IMG/VR virus record: IMGVR_UViG_3300045581_000900
Coordinates: 1 to 64,000 of that record
Length of the DNA stretch: 64,000 bases
Direction: 5' to 3' (one strand)
Source of the DNA: a virus
Part shown: piece after piece, positions 39,372-49,655 of the stretch
How the letters are laid out: the number at the start of each line of letters is the position of its first letter
How positions within the stretch are numbered: position 1 is the first letter of the stretch
Position numbers and translations under genes: made by a program
The notes under the pieces: model-generated
What the model saw: only the letters and a program-made list of their open reading frames with translations
Database searches by the model: none
What the model was told of the DNA's origin: nothing

Positions 39372-40196
39372 TCATCGGCGTTTGAACTCGCCGTAGAGGA
39401 CGGCCCCGGGAGACTTAACCTCCCGCTCGATGGCCTTTCGGTCCTTATCGGCCTTCACGAGAAAGGCGTCGATCAGGGCTTCGGTGTCCTCGACCGAAGC
39501 GACCAAGTCACGAGCTTTCAGGAGTTCACGCAACTCCTGCAGGCTCGGCTTGGACTCGCCCTTGGTTCGCACGGCGTTAGCCATGCGAACGATGAGGCGA
39601 CACGCCTGCGATGGAGCCCCCGTGCTCTTGCGAAGCACGTCGGTTTCGATGTTCTCCGGCAAGAACTCCATCGTTACCCGGAAGCAGCGACGCTTCACAG
39701 CCTCCGGGATATCGCCCTCCTCGTTTGCCGTGAGGACGACGAACATCCTCTTGAGGTCTGCCTGATGCATGTGATGCCGAGCGTCCGGCACCCGACCATG
39801 CTGCAGGAAATCGAGGATCAGCGGATAGAACCTCGATCCGGCTTTTTCCACCTCGTCGAGGGTCACAACTACGTCGTGGTGCTTCGTGGCCTTAACAGCC
39901 CGGAGAAGCTGACCGTCCATGTAGGCCTCGTCGGCGTGATTAACACCAACGGCGACCTTCCCGATATCCACGCCCTGATTGACCTCTTCATTTGTCAACC
40001 AAGGATGGCAGGGAATGAAATAGTGCATCGCCCCCCTGCCGCGGGCGAAGCAATCGGCGAAGAAGGTCTTGCCGGTGCCGGGCGAACCGACGAGCAGTAC
40101 CGCTCGCATCGTCGCCGTGATCGACGCCAGCCACTTAGCCGCCAAACCCTCACCACGGCGAGCGTGGTAGTTGGGGAGCAATGTTTCAACAGACAT
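39372..40196 (-). CDS. MoxR-like AAA+ ATPase
   Basis: 274 aa; Walker A GSPGTGKT, Walker B VVVTLDEVEK, sensor I LTAN, Arg finger KRRC. Confidence 0.88.
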   Translation of the reverse strand: MSVETLLPNYHARRGEGLAAKWLASITATMRAVLLVGSPGTGKTFFADCFARGRGAMHYFIPCHPWLTNEEVNQGVDIGKVAVGVNHADEAYMDGQLLRAVKATKHHDVVVTLDEVEKAGSRFYPLILDFLQHGRVPDARHHMHQADLKRMFVVLTANEEGDIPEAVKRRCFRVTMEFLPENIETDVLRKSTGAPSQACRLIVRMANAVRTKGESKPSLQELRELLKARDLVASVEDTEALIDAFLVKADKDRKAIEREVKSPGAVLYGEFKRR

Positions 40197-40237
40197 GCCA
40201 GCCTCCTATGTAGGAATAGAAAATCGTGCCACAACAA

Positions 40238-40265
40238 ATATGCCGCAATTTGGCCGATTATTTAG
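40238..40265 (-). promoter_or_regulatory. Putative phage promoter CTAAATA-N14-GGCATAT
   Basis: Second copy, upstream of the ATPase. Confidence 0.75.
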
Positions 40266-40267
40266 CC

Positions 40268-40288
40268 GCGGCTGATAGCTAAAAAAAA
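40268..40288. repeat. 21 bp direct repeat, copy 2
   Basis: Identical to 36645..36665. Confidence 0.85.
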
Positions 40289-40319
40289 CGTCACCCGGGC
40301 CGAAGCCGGAGTGACGTTT
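40281..40319 (-). terminator. Intrinsic terminator with C(UUCG)G loop
   Basis: AAACGTCAC...GGC-TTCG-GCC...GTGACG followed by T8. Confidence 0.85.
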
Positions 40320-40355
40320 AAACGTTAAAACGTTTTGCAACTGCTCGGGCGGGCC

Positions 40356-40895
40356 TCAGTTTGCACTGGGCTCCCACTTCCGATGGACCGTTCCGACAGC
40401 CGGCTTGGGCTCGTCGGCCTTCTGCTTCAACTGCTCGGCGAAGGCTTTCACCTTTGCCTTTGCAGCCTCTGCCGCAGCCTCTTCTTCGGCCCGCTCTTTT
40501 TCCATCTTCACGCCGTCTTCGAAAATCTGCTCGGCGATGTACTGTGCGTCGACGGTTTCCATGAAGCTGCTGCAGACAGACTCAAGGAAGTTCATCGAGG
40601 TCGCCATCTCGTCCGCAGCCTTCTTGTGTTCCTCGTCGCCCGTCTCGGCAGCGATTCGCATGAGGGCCACGATCTCGTTCATCGTCGACGCCAGCGAATT
40701 GCCAACGATGCTGGCGATCCAGATAGTCATCGCACCGATCGCTCCGTTGCGGTGCTCCTCGTCCCACTCGGTCTTACCGAGCCGGTCGAGGCCCTTGCGG
40801 CTCGCCGCGTACGGGTGTGCGGACCACGGCAGGTCCGCCGCCTTCTTCCGAAAGTTTTCCAGCGTTTGCTGCGTGGCTGTATTGACCGATTTCAT
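40356..40895 (-). CDS. Hypothetical helical protein (179 aa), island cassette 1
   Basis: Start moved to ATG 40895 (MKSVNTA) with AGGAG RBS; has its own promoter and terminator. Confidence 0.7.
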   Translation of the reverse strand: MKSVNTATQQTLENFRKKAADLPWSAHPYAASRKGLDRLGKTEWDEEHRNGAIGAMTIWIASIVGNSLASTMNEIVALMRIAAETGDEEHKKAADEMATSMNFLESVCSSFMETVDAQYIAEQIFEDGVKMEKERAEEEAAAEAAKAKVKAFAEQLKQKADEPKPAVGTVHRKWEPSAN

Positions 40896-40976
40896 GCCAA
40901 CTCCTACAGGTGGTGGAAATGGCCGCCGCAGACAAACGCCGCGGGGCGGTGCCGAACAGATAAACGGCACTACCTA

Positions 40977-41004
40977 ATATGCCAGCCTTCAGCCCCCTAT
41001 TTAG
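40977..41004 (-). promoter_or_regulatory. Putative phage promoter CTAAATA-N14-GGCATAT
   Basis: Third copy. Confidence 0.75.
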
Positions 41005-41019
41005 GTGTGTCAAAACCTA

Positions 41020-41039
41020 GGCTAAAAATATTTTTAGCC
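41020..41039. promoter_or_regulatory. Perfect 20 bp palindrome GGCTAAAAATATTTTTAGCC (operator-like)
   Basis: Self-complementary; its half-site GCTAAAAA recurs at the other cassette boundaries. Confidence 0.55.
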
Positions 41040-41060
41040 GACGTTTTGTAACAGGGGCGT

Positions 41061-42050
41061 TTAATACCGAATGCGTATGGCGTCGGTGTAGGCACTGTAC
41101 TTGTAGTTCGACCCAACCTCGCCGTAGCAGCTTTCGAGGTTAATACTGGCTTTCGTCGCCCGCACCCACTCCCGATATGCCTGCCACCGAGTCTGGCCGG
41201 CACGCTCGTAGCTGCCCTCTTTGTTCTGGTCGTCTACCGCAATACCGCCGGCCTGATACGAAAGCTGGTTGCGGCGGAACTGCTCGGCCACCATTAAGAA
41301 CAGGTTGGCACAGATGCCTTCAAGCCAATGATATCTAAACGGGAAGTTCTGGGTGTTGTAGTTACGGCCCAGCGGCGGTGGCACCTCATTCCAGTACATA
41401 ACCGGCCGGGCGATAGCGAGGGCAATCTCCGCGTCGTCGAACATGAGGTTTTCCAGCAAATAGCTTTCGCCGGGAGACGAGTCGCGGAGGTGGAGCCTGA
41501 TTTCAGCGATACTGGGCGGACCACCGTTGCGGCCGTCATTGCCCAGTGTGCCTCGGTTAATAATCAAATAAAACGTGTTCGAGAAGATGATGCACGGCTG
41601 GTCGGCTTCTTCCGCCGGCACATTGATCAGGGCCATCTCGGCGTAATAGATGCCGGGGATGCCGACCATGTTTTTAGTCAGATTAACGCTGACACGGCCT
41701 TCTGCGGCGTCTGTCACCGTGGCGTCGACCTGTTGGACGGGCTTGGAGTTGCCCAGCGAGATTTGCTCCTTGAGCCGCAGCACGACCTTATACGGCAACT
41801 CGTCGCACGCAGACATGTTTACGGGCACGCCGTCGCGGTCCACCATCTGCCAGTCAATCGTGGCACACTGGCCCTGCCCGATCGAAATAGCCTTCATACG
41901 GCCGAGTAGCGGCTGCCCGTTCTGCTCGGAAACCGGGGCCGTAATAACGTTTTGGCCGGCACAGGCTACAGGCGTTAAAACCTGCTCCGTGTTGCGATTG
42001 TCGCAGCAGGGCACGAGCGGGTGGGACGTCGGGGTCGCGATGACAGCCAT
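41061..42050 (-). CDS. Putative head-tail adaptor (neck) protein with N-terminal Ig/BppU-like domain
   Basis: 329 aa; IRLHLRD...FDDAEI...WNEVPP...RNQLSYQAGG; lies downstream of the capsid genes. Confidence 0.6.
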   Translation of the reverse strand: MAVIATPTSHPLVPCCDNRNTEQVLTPVACAGQNVITAPVSEQNGQPLLGRMKAISIGQGQCATIDWQMVDRDGVPVNMSACDELPYKVVLRLKEQISLGNSKPVQQVDATVTDAAEGRVSVNLTKNMVGIPGIYYAEMALINVPAEEADQPCIIFSNTFYLIINRGTLGNDGRNGGPPSIAEIRLHLRDSSPGESYLLENLMFDDAEIALAIARPVMYWNEVPPPLGRNYNTQNFPFRYHWLEGICANLFLMVAEQFRRNQLSYQAGGIAVDDQNKEGSYERAGQTRWQAYREWVRATKASINLESCYGEVGSNYKYSAYTDAIRIRY

Positions 42051-42076
42051 GTGTGTGCTCCGTTTTTATCAGTATA

Positions 42077-42113
42077 CAAACAGAAAGGGCTGACCGTTAA
42101 ACGGCCAGCCCTT
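42077..42113 (-). terminator. Intrinsic terminator of the capsid operon
   Basis: AAGGGCTGGCCGT-TTA-ACGGTCAGCCCTT followed by TCTGTTTG. Confidence 0.75.
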
Positions 42114-42139
42114 CCGCGTTTCAGACAGTCAAAGTTGAA

Positions 42140-42544
42140 TCACGTGCCGGCCGGGCCAGTAGCACCCGTAGCACCCGTAGCACCCGTGGCACCAGCACTG
42201 ACGGCAAAGCCACCGCCGCCGGCACCGTCCCACGAGGGAGTCGACGTGCCGAGTTGGCTCGCCGAATTCATCGCAAGCTCCTTGGTGACGCTGCCAGTCT
42301 CGCTGAGCAGGTACACCGACGGAGACTTTACGATGTCGAGGAGGTTGTTAGTCAGGGCACGTTCCAGAGCCTTGAACTTACGCTGGCTGCGTTGAGCACC
42401 CAGCTTGGTCACAAGGTCGCCGGGCACGGTGTACGTGGCGTTGTTAGCCAGCGTTTTACCGTGGGTTCCCAGAAACCCAAACGCCATGGTTTTACCCGAG
42501 ACGTTTTTTACAGTCGTATAAAGATCAGAAGAAGTTGTGGGCAT
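42140..42544 (-). CDS. Small virion protein with a short collagen-like (GAT)4 tail
   Basis: 134 aa; ends GATGATGATGATGPAGT. Confidence 0.65.
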   Translation of the reverse strand: MPTTSSDLYTTVKNVSGKTMAFGFLGTHGKTLANNATYTVPGDLVTKLGAQRSQRKFKALERALTNNLLDIVKSPSVYLLSETGSVTKELAMNSASQLGTSTPSWDGAGGGGFAVSAGATGATGATGATGPAGT

Positions 42545-42555
42545 TTTTTACTCCA

Positions 42556-42945
42556 TTACTCTGCGGATTGCATGGCCGCAGATGCCGCGGCTTGCAGTGT
42601 CAGTACAGCATTAGCGATTGCAGGTTGATCGGCGGCGAGAGCAGCCACGTCGCGAAACGTGGACTGCTTCTCAGCCTGTCCGCCAATCCCCGACGCCGCC
42701 AGCACCGCATCAAGCTGCTGATTTACAGCAGCGAGACCATTGTGCCGGGCTGCGGCGGTTTTCTCCTGCTCGGCCGTATAGAGCACATGGAGCTTTTGAG
42801 CAGCGGCCCACATTTCCGCGGCTTCGCCCTCAGTCGACGGCGAGATGCCGGCGGCAGCGAGCTTTTCGAAGAAATAGGGGGCAGCAAGTTGGGCCACAAC
42901 CGTGGCGTAAGCCTGCTCTGCTGCTTCCTTAATGTTATCAGCCAT
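42556..42945 (-). CDS. Ala-rich head-associated protein
   Basis: 129 aa; AAGGAG RBS; KEA, KLA, KTA motifs. Confidence 0.65.
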   Translation of the reverse strand: MADNIKEAAEQAYATVVAQLAAPYFFEKLAAAGISPSTEGEAAEMWAAAQKLHVLYTAEQEKTAAARHNGLAAVNQQLDAVLAASGIGGQAEKQSTFRDVAALAADQPAIANAVLTLQAAASAAMQSAE

Positions 42946-42973
42946 TTTTAGTGCTCCTTGTTATTTATACGGC

Positions 42974-43900
42974 TCAGACAAACGTTACCTTAGCGAGACC
43001 GTTCGTGTGACCGAACGAGCCGCCTTGCGTGTTATAGGCGAAGTACTCAAGCATGTAGGCCTCACGACGGATATACATCGTGGTGGGCTCAAGCTCGTAG
43101 TTCTTGCCGATGAACTTCGGCGAGGCGAACATGTACAACACGTCGTTCGGGACGAGGTTCCGCTTGATCGTGACGATCCAGCGGCAGTTGAGGAAGTTGG
43201 TCTCCGCCCAACCGTTCTTGATGATGTCCTGCGAGAAGTCACCACCCATCTCGTCGCGACCGAACTTGAGGAGTTCCTTGATCGTGATGTTATTCACGAG
43301 GCAGGTCTCAACCTCAAAGTGGCTGGGAGTCGAGGGCATAACCTTCAGGGCATCAACAATCGTCTCGCGGGTGATACCGCCCGAGATCGTGACGTTCTGC
43401 GGAACGCCCGAAAGCGGGTTGTTGGTGTCAACCGTACCGACAGCGGCGTCCATCGCGGTGATGAACTTCGAGTCCTCTTCGGCGAGCATGTCCTTGATCA
43501 TGTTGTCGCTGAGCACCTGACGGATGTCGATGACATACGTGCGGAGTTCGTCGACGTCCTTCACAGCACGGGGCGACACGATCCGGTCAAACATGACGCG
43601 GTAACGCGGGCCACGGATGTAGAAGTTGATCGGGAGCGTCGCAAACGGAAGCGACACAGCCGCCGGGGAATCGGGCTCCTTGTCGACCACCTTCACCGGC
43701 TTGTCCGTGTCAACCTGACGATCGAGTTCGTCGTTGGTGATGGTCAGCGGCGGGATGATCCGACGGTAGAACCCGTCTTCACGCATCTTGGTACGCGTGA
43801 AGTCGTTAACCGCATCAATGGCCTGCTTCTGCATGCCGGGAGTGTCAAGCTGCTCAAAGAGCGTTTCATTGAGCAACTGGATTTCTTGCTGAGTGGGCAT
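42974..43900 (-). CDS. Major capsid protein (HK97 fold expected)
   Basis: 308 aa from ATG 43900 with GGAGG RBS; strong codon bias; protease-scaffold-decoration-capsid gene order. Confidence 0.75.
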   Translation of the reverse strand: MPTQQEIQLLNETLFEQLDTPGMQKQAIDAVNDFTRTKMREDGFYRRIIPPLTITNDELDRQVDTDKPVKVVDKEPDSPAAVSLPFATLPINFYIRGPRYRVMFDRIVSPRAVKDVDELRTYVIDIRQVLSDNMIKDMLAEEDSKFITAMDAAVGTVDTNNPLSGVPQNVTISGGITRETIVDALKVMPSTPSHFEVETCLVNNITIKELLKFGRDEMGGDFSQDIIKNGWAETNFLNCRWIVTIKRNLVPNDVLYMFASPKFIGKNYELEPTTMYIRREAYMLEYFAYNTQGGSFGHTNGLAKVTFV

Positions 43901-43903
43901 TTT

Positions 43904-43921
43904 AAAGACCTCCATGTCTTC
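43904..43921 (-). promoter_or_regulatory. CsrA/RsmA-type hairpin over the capsid RBS
   Basis: GAAGAC-ATGGAG-GTCTTT. Confidence 0.55.
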
Positions 43922-43935
43922 TGTTAGGGATTAAT

Positions 43936-44493
43936 TCACGGTGTCCAGTCGGTTGCACCCGGCAGCCAGACGCACCAAAACGAAAGGGCCTGAATACCAT
44001 TGTGGTTCGTTGTGGCACCACTGGACACCACGCCCACAACCGGGGTTTCATACTGCACGACGCTGTCGTTCGTCAGCACACCGTCCGTCGAAGCCGGGCT
44101 GGCCGTCGTGGTAGCGGTGAGCAGATCGCCCGGCACGTAGTCCTGCTCGGCGTCGAACTCCGTGGTGGAGATTTCGTAGCCGCCAGTTGCAACGAGACCC
44201 GACAGCTTGCCGGTCGGGGCGACAGCGAGGTGCATGAACTTACCACCGGCAGTTGTGCCGGGGTTAGCGACGTCCGCGTCGGTGCTGCCGTTGAGCAGGA
44301 AGATCGCTACGTTCGTCTTGGAGACGCCCGGAACGAAATCGCCGTTCGCGTCAACGTGAACAACCCGCCCACGCTTTACGTCGAAGTCGATGCTGGGCGA
44401 CAGCTTGGCACTGTAGTCCAGCGAAGCCATATCGAACCAGCCCTTCTTAACGTCAAGGCCGTGTTCAAACATCAGATCAGGAGCGTTAGCCAT
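43936..44493 (-). CDS. Putative capsid decoration/cement protein
   Basis: 185 aa, beta-rich; YVPGDLLT...VVGVVS; directly upstream of the capsid gene. Confidence 0.6.
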   Translation of the reverse strand: MANAPDLMFEHGLDVKKGWFDMASLDYSAKLSPSIDFDVKRGRVVHVDANGDFVPGVSKTNVAIFLLNGSTDADVANPGTTAGGKFMHLAVAPTGKLSGLVATGGYEISTTEFDAEQDYVPGDLLTATTTASPASTDGVLTNDSVVQYETPVVGVVSSGATTNHNGIQALSFWCVWLPGATDWTP

Positions 44494-44495
44494 TT

Positions 44496-44513
44496 TTAGA
44501 CCTCCATGTCTAA
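44496..44513 (-). promoter_or_regulatory. CsrA/RsmA-type hairpin over the decoration-gene RBS
   Basis: TTAGAC-ATGGAG-GTCTAA. Confidence 0.55.
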
Positions 44514-44530
44514 GAGAAAGTTATTTCAGT

Positions 44531-44962
44531 TCAGGTAGTGGGCGGATTCAAACCAAGGCCTGTGAACAGCTTCACGTCAGAGGCCTTGAGGCGACCATCG
44601 CGGGCACCCACATACCCGCTCGTCAAACTTGCTGAAGGGTCATAGCTGGCAGACTTCTGCTGCCCAACCGGCGTACCAAGACGGGCCATTTCGGCGGCGT
44701 TCTTGTGGCTGGCGAGCTTGACCACGAGTTCCATCGTGCGAACCGGGTCGTGAAGGGCCTTTTCAAGGGCTTCCTTCTGGTGCGACTCGATACGCTCGTG
44801 CTCGACGCAGGCTTGCACAGCGGCCGGAATAAGGGCCGCAAGCTTTTCAGCCTGCTCTTCTTGATTCTTAATCACGCTGGCAGCCTTGGTCAGAGCCGCA
44901 TCGGAAAAACCGATGTAGTCGATGACCTTCTGCACGAGCGTGTTTGTGTTATTTGCGGGCAT
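44531..44962 (-). CDS. Small scaffold-like head protein
   Basis: 143 aa, helical, K-x-A motifs. Confidence 0.6.
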   Translation of the reverse strand: MPANNTNTLVQKVIDYIGFSDAALTKAASVIKNQEEQAEKLAALIPAAVQACVEHERIESHQKEALEKALHDPVRTMELVVKLASHKNAAEMARLGTPVGQQKSASYDPSASLTSGYVGARDGRLKASDVKLFTGLGLNPPTT

Positions 44963-44980
44963 TATTAAAACCTCCCTAGA

Positions 44981-46348
<1,368 letters not shown>

Positions 46349-46394
46349 GTTTATCTCCTTTGAGGCCTAATCGTTACGAGCGATTAGCGTCTTT

Positions 46395-47852
46395 TCATGT
46401 GACATAATTTTGCAGTACACACTGGTTTGCTGTCAACAAATTATTCCGGTATTTTTCGCTCGCAGCCGCGAAGGCAGCAATCTTATACAAAGCGTAGTGC
46501 TTGGCAAGAGCCGTTTCCGCGTTACTACAAGCCCGTTTTTCGTGTTGTAAGGGAGCCGGTTCAAGATTACGAATCGCAGCCAAATAGGCCCGCTTTTCAA
46601 CCTGTGGCGTTAACATGCTGTGCGTCGCGGCGGCCTTCTCGGCCCAGAGGCGTACGGCTGTTGATGCGTGGTCAGCGGGATAGAACTTGTTGTTCTCCAG
46701 CAACGAAACGATGTCCTCTGCAGCGGCCAGTTTTGAAAAAATGTTCGGCAACGCATTGGTTACCGCGTCTACGAGTTCAACATTAGCAGATTTAACTGTT
46801 AACGCCAAGAAGTCCCGCACCGGCAAGACTACGCCAGCATCAGCCAGCCCACGTAAAACCTCCGCCATTTTAGCAAACGGACAGCCATTTACATCAAGGG
46901 CTGGTTGTACTTCTGGGTGGGACGCGATCGTTAACTGTGTCCAGCCGATCGGCCGACCGCTTAACTCCTGCTCGGCCTGCACCAGTTGCTGCAGGGCGTT
47001 CATCTGCTGGGCGGCTCGTTTAGACGCAAAAGCAGCGTCCAGCCCGAACGGCATGGTCACGCCCATCTGCTCGGCAAGCTCGGCCCCGGAAATAACAGCA
47101 TTACTCGCGGCCTTCTCCAGTCGGCCCGAAACGTAGGCAATACGGTCGGCCGGGCGGAATACATAGGAGATGTCGAAGAACGAGGGGTTGGGGTTGTCAG
47201 CGTGCAGAACGTGCCCGTCTGACATCACCCGCCCGATATTGTGCTTTAAACCGCCGGCTTTGCAGTGGCCGCCGTTCTCGATTGAGTCGCAGTATTCGGC
47301 ACGGGTCCGGGCCGTGTTGCCGCAGGCGGAGCACTTATCAAACGGAATCTTGCAGGCCATCGAAACAGGGATGTCCTGATCGTTCGACAGCCGCTCCATC
47401 TCCTTGTCGGCGAGCAGTCCGCCGTTTCGCTCGGCGGCTTCCTTGCTGCCGTTCAACGCACAGATCAGTTCGATCCGCTTCATCGGCTCGTTGTAGTACG
47501 ACGCTTTTACAAGCCCGAAGCTCTTCGCGGGGTTCTTGTTGGCGTGGTCCCGATAAAACCGGGCAAACTTTTCAAACGTGTGGTGATACTTGCTGCAGCA
47601 GTCGCGGGTAAAGCCGTCGCCGTTACGGTTCGGGCCGTAATCCTCGGTCGCCCCGATGGCGATAAGGTGGACCGGAATTTCATCCTTGGCGAACTTGATC
47701 GTCGAGGCCTTCTCAACGAACTCAGCACCGGCACGCTTCACAAACGCTTGTTTGTCGCTGCCGATGATACCGCGGCTGGAAACTTTGATAAGGGCGGCAA
47801 CCGGCTCGCTAAAGTCTTGCGAGTGCGGCTGGATGACTTTAATCATGCTCAT
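46395..47852 (-). CDS. Putative prohead (capsid maturation) serine protease
   Basis: 485 aa; NRNGDGF, FYRDH (candidate His), VSMAC (candidate Ser) followed by CSACG...C, FFDISYV.RPAD. Confidence 0.7.
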   Translation of the reverse strand: MSMIKVIQPHSQDFSEPVAALIKVSSRGIIGSDKQAFVKRAGAEFVEKASTIKFAKDEIPVHLIAIGATEDYGPNRNGDGFTRDCCSKYHHTFEKFARFYRDHANKNPAKSFGLVKASYYNEPMKRIELICALNGSKEAAERNGGLLADKEMERLSNDQDIPVSMACKIPFDKCSACGNTARTRAEYCDSIENGGHCKAGGLKHNIGRVMSDGHVLHADNPNPSFFDISYVFRPADRIAYVSGRLEKAASNAVISGAELAEQMGVTMPFGLDAAFASKRAAQQMNALQQLVQAEQELSGRPIGWTQLTIASHPEVQPALDVNGCPFAKMAEVLRGLADAGVVLPVRDFLALTVKSANVELVDAVTNALPNIFSKLAAAEDIVSLLENNKFYPADHASTAVRLWAEKAAATHSMLTPQVEKRAYLAAIRNLEPAPLQHEKRACSNAETALAKHYALYKIAAFAAASEKYRNNLLTANQCVLQNYVT

Positions 47853-47860
47853 GGTTATGC

Positions 47861-49654
47861 CTACATAAGTCGGTTGGTGCGGATGTCGCGTGTCTCGGCC
47901 TGAATCTTGTCCCGCTCAGCCCGGAGTTTGTCCATCTCCAGAATCTGCTTCACGTCAAAATCAGCCAGACTGCCAGCTTCGAGCCGCTTTCGCAGCACGG
48001 ACTGAATCATGCCCGGCGAATCGACAAGGTTCGGGGCCAACTCGGAAATCTCGTTAAACGCCATGGCCACGTCTTGCGGATCATAGCCCGAGATTACAGG
48101 GTCATTAAGCACAAGGTCGTGCAGGACGCCCTTGGCCCGAATCGTTTTCAATGCCTGCTCGTGATCGGCATCGGTGAGCGATTGAAAGTGTTCTTTTGTC
48201 TTGTCTTTCTTGCCGTCACCATGCAGCATCTTGCCGATCTGCCCAGTCACGCCTTCTTGGCTCGCACCGATTAAACCGCCGACCATTTTCACTGGCGTTG
48301 TAATACCAATTTTGTTGTCTTTCAGTATCGAGTTTAATCCGCCAGACGTGTCCTTCGCGACTTGTTTTCCTCCGGCGAGTAACGCGTTGATCGGGTCCTT
48401 GGTAGCCTGACTTATCTGTGTAAACGGATTTTTTGGCTCCGGGACGCTATCGCGGGTTGCTCTTCCGTCGGCGACTCTTTTTTCATGCTCCGCAATGCTG
48501 TCGTCCCACGGTTTAAAAAGCTCGTCGACATATTCTTCGGTGCTTTGTTCGCCACGAGCCGCTTCTTCGCGGTCCAGTTTTTTGTCGATGGACTTGGTGC
48601 TGGTCAGCGGCGGCGAATCCTTTGAGCCAGCGAAATCCCGGGCGGTGAACGACGTGCGACCGGCGAACGGGTCGGTAGGCATTAAGCCGCCTGTTAAGTA
48701 CGGTTCTTGCAGAGCTTTGCGGGTTTTTGCGGCCTGCACGCGGGCGTCAAGTCCGCCGGCTTCTTTTAACGTCAGTGGTTCGTCAGCGGGATTGTGCAAG
48801 ATAGAGCCTGTAATAAACTCTGGTGCTTCTTTCTTACCAAATCCCGCATCAGCTTTTTTTGTGGCTACCCGGCTCTGTGCCTCGTTGTAGTGCTCAACGG
48901 TGCCAATCACGTCTTCCACAAGCTTGTACAGCGGGTCATGCCCGTAGTGGTTCTTGCCGCTGTCTGCCTGCTTCGTAAAGTGCGGGTACACCGCGGCGAT
49001 CTTTTGCAGGACGCTCACGCCGCTGGGACCAAGCCGCAAGCCGACCTCACGCAGGGCGTCTCCAAACGGCATATTGCCGGGCGTGCGGAAATACGTATTT
49101 AACTCTTCAAGGCTGTTCGCGGCTTTCTGATATGCCGCGGCGGCTTGCCGCCGCGTTTCTTCTGCCGCACGCAGTGCGGCATTTTTTTCGCTTTGGGCCC
49201 GCATTACAGCCGCGTGCTCGTCACGCGGTGGCGGGGTCCATGTCTTCTCGGGCAGAGCCACACCGGCACTCGCGGCCTTCTGCATCGCGTCCCGGCGGCG
49301 GTTTAAAAAGCCAGACGGCGGTACTGCATACTCGGTCGAGACGAGTTCGGACCGTTTCAGTTCCGCAGATGTCTTCACGTTCTCGGGGTACAGGGCTTCA
49401 AGAATCACGCGAACGTCAGCCAACGGAAACTCAGCCGCCTTTTCCAGCGTGTTTTCGCCGCCTTCTCGCTGCTTTGTCGTCCGGCCGGTGTTATAGGCAT
49501 GCACCATCAGGTTAACGTGCCCGGACGGAATATTGGCGTCGCTGGCACTCTTGATAATCGCGTCATTGGGGCTCATGCCTTCGTTAACAAGCGAGGCGGC
49601 CTTCTCAATGGCGGAGATTAGCTTCCGCTCGGCTTCCTTGGTGAGTGTACGCAT
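47861..49654 (-). CDS. Putative internal head protein
   Basis: 597 aa, helical, more than 10 K-x-A motifs. Confidence 0.55.
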   Translation of the reverse strand: MRTLTKEAERKLISAIEKAASLVNEGMSPNDAIIKSASDANIPSGHVNLMVHAYNTGRTTKQREGGENTLEKAAEFPLADVRVILEALYPENVKTSAELKRSELVSTEYAVPPSGFLNRRRDAMQKAASAGVALPEKTWTPPPRDEHAAVMRAQSEKNAALRAAEETRRQAAAAYQKAANSLEELNTYFRTPGNMPFGDALREVGLRLGPSGVSVLQKIAAVYPHFTKQADSGKNHYGHDPLYKLVEDVIGTVEHYNEAQSRVATKKADAGFGKKEAPEFITGSILHNPADEPLTLKEAGGLDARVQAAKTRKALQEPYLTGGLMPTDPFAGRTSFTARDFAGSKDSPPLTSTKSIDKKLDREEAARGEQSTEEYVDELFKPWDDSIAEHEKRVADGRATRDSVPEPKNPFTQISQATKDPINALLAGGKQVAKDTSGGLNSILKDNKIGITTPVKMVGGLIGASQEGVTGQIGKMLHGDGKKDKTKEHFQSLTDADHEQALKTIRAKGVLHDLVLNDPVISGYDPQDVAMAFNEISELAPNLVDSPGMIQSVLRKRLEAGSLADFDVKQILEMDKLRAERDKIQAETRDIRTNRLM

Positions 49655-49655
49655 T

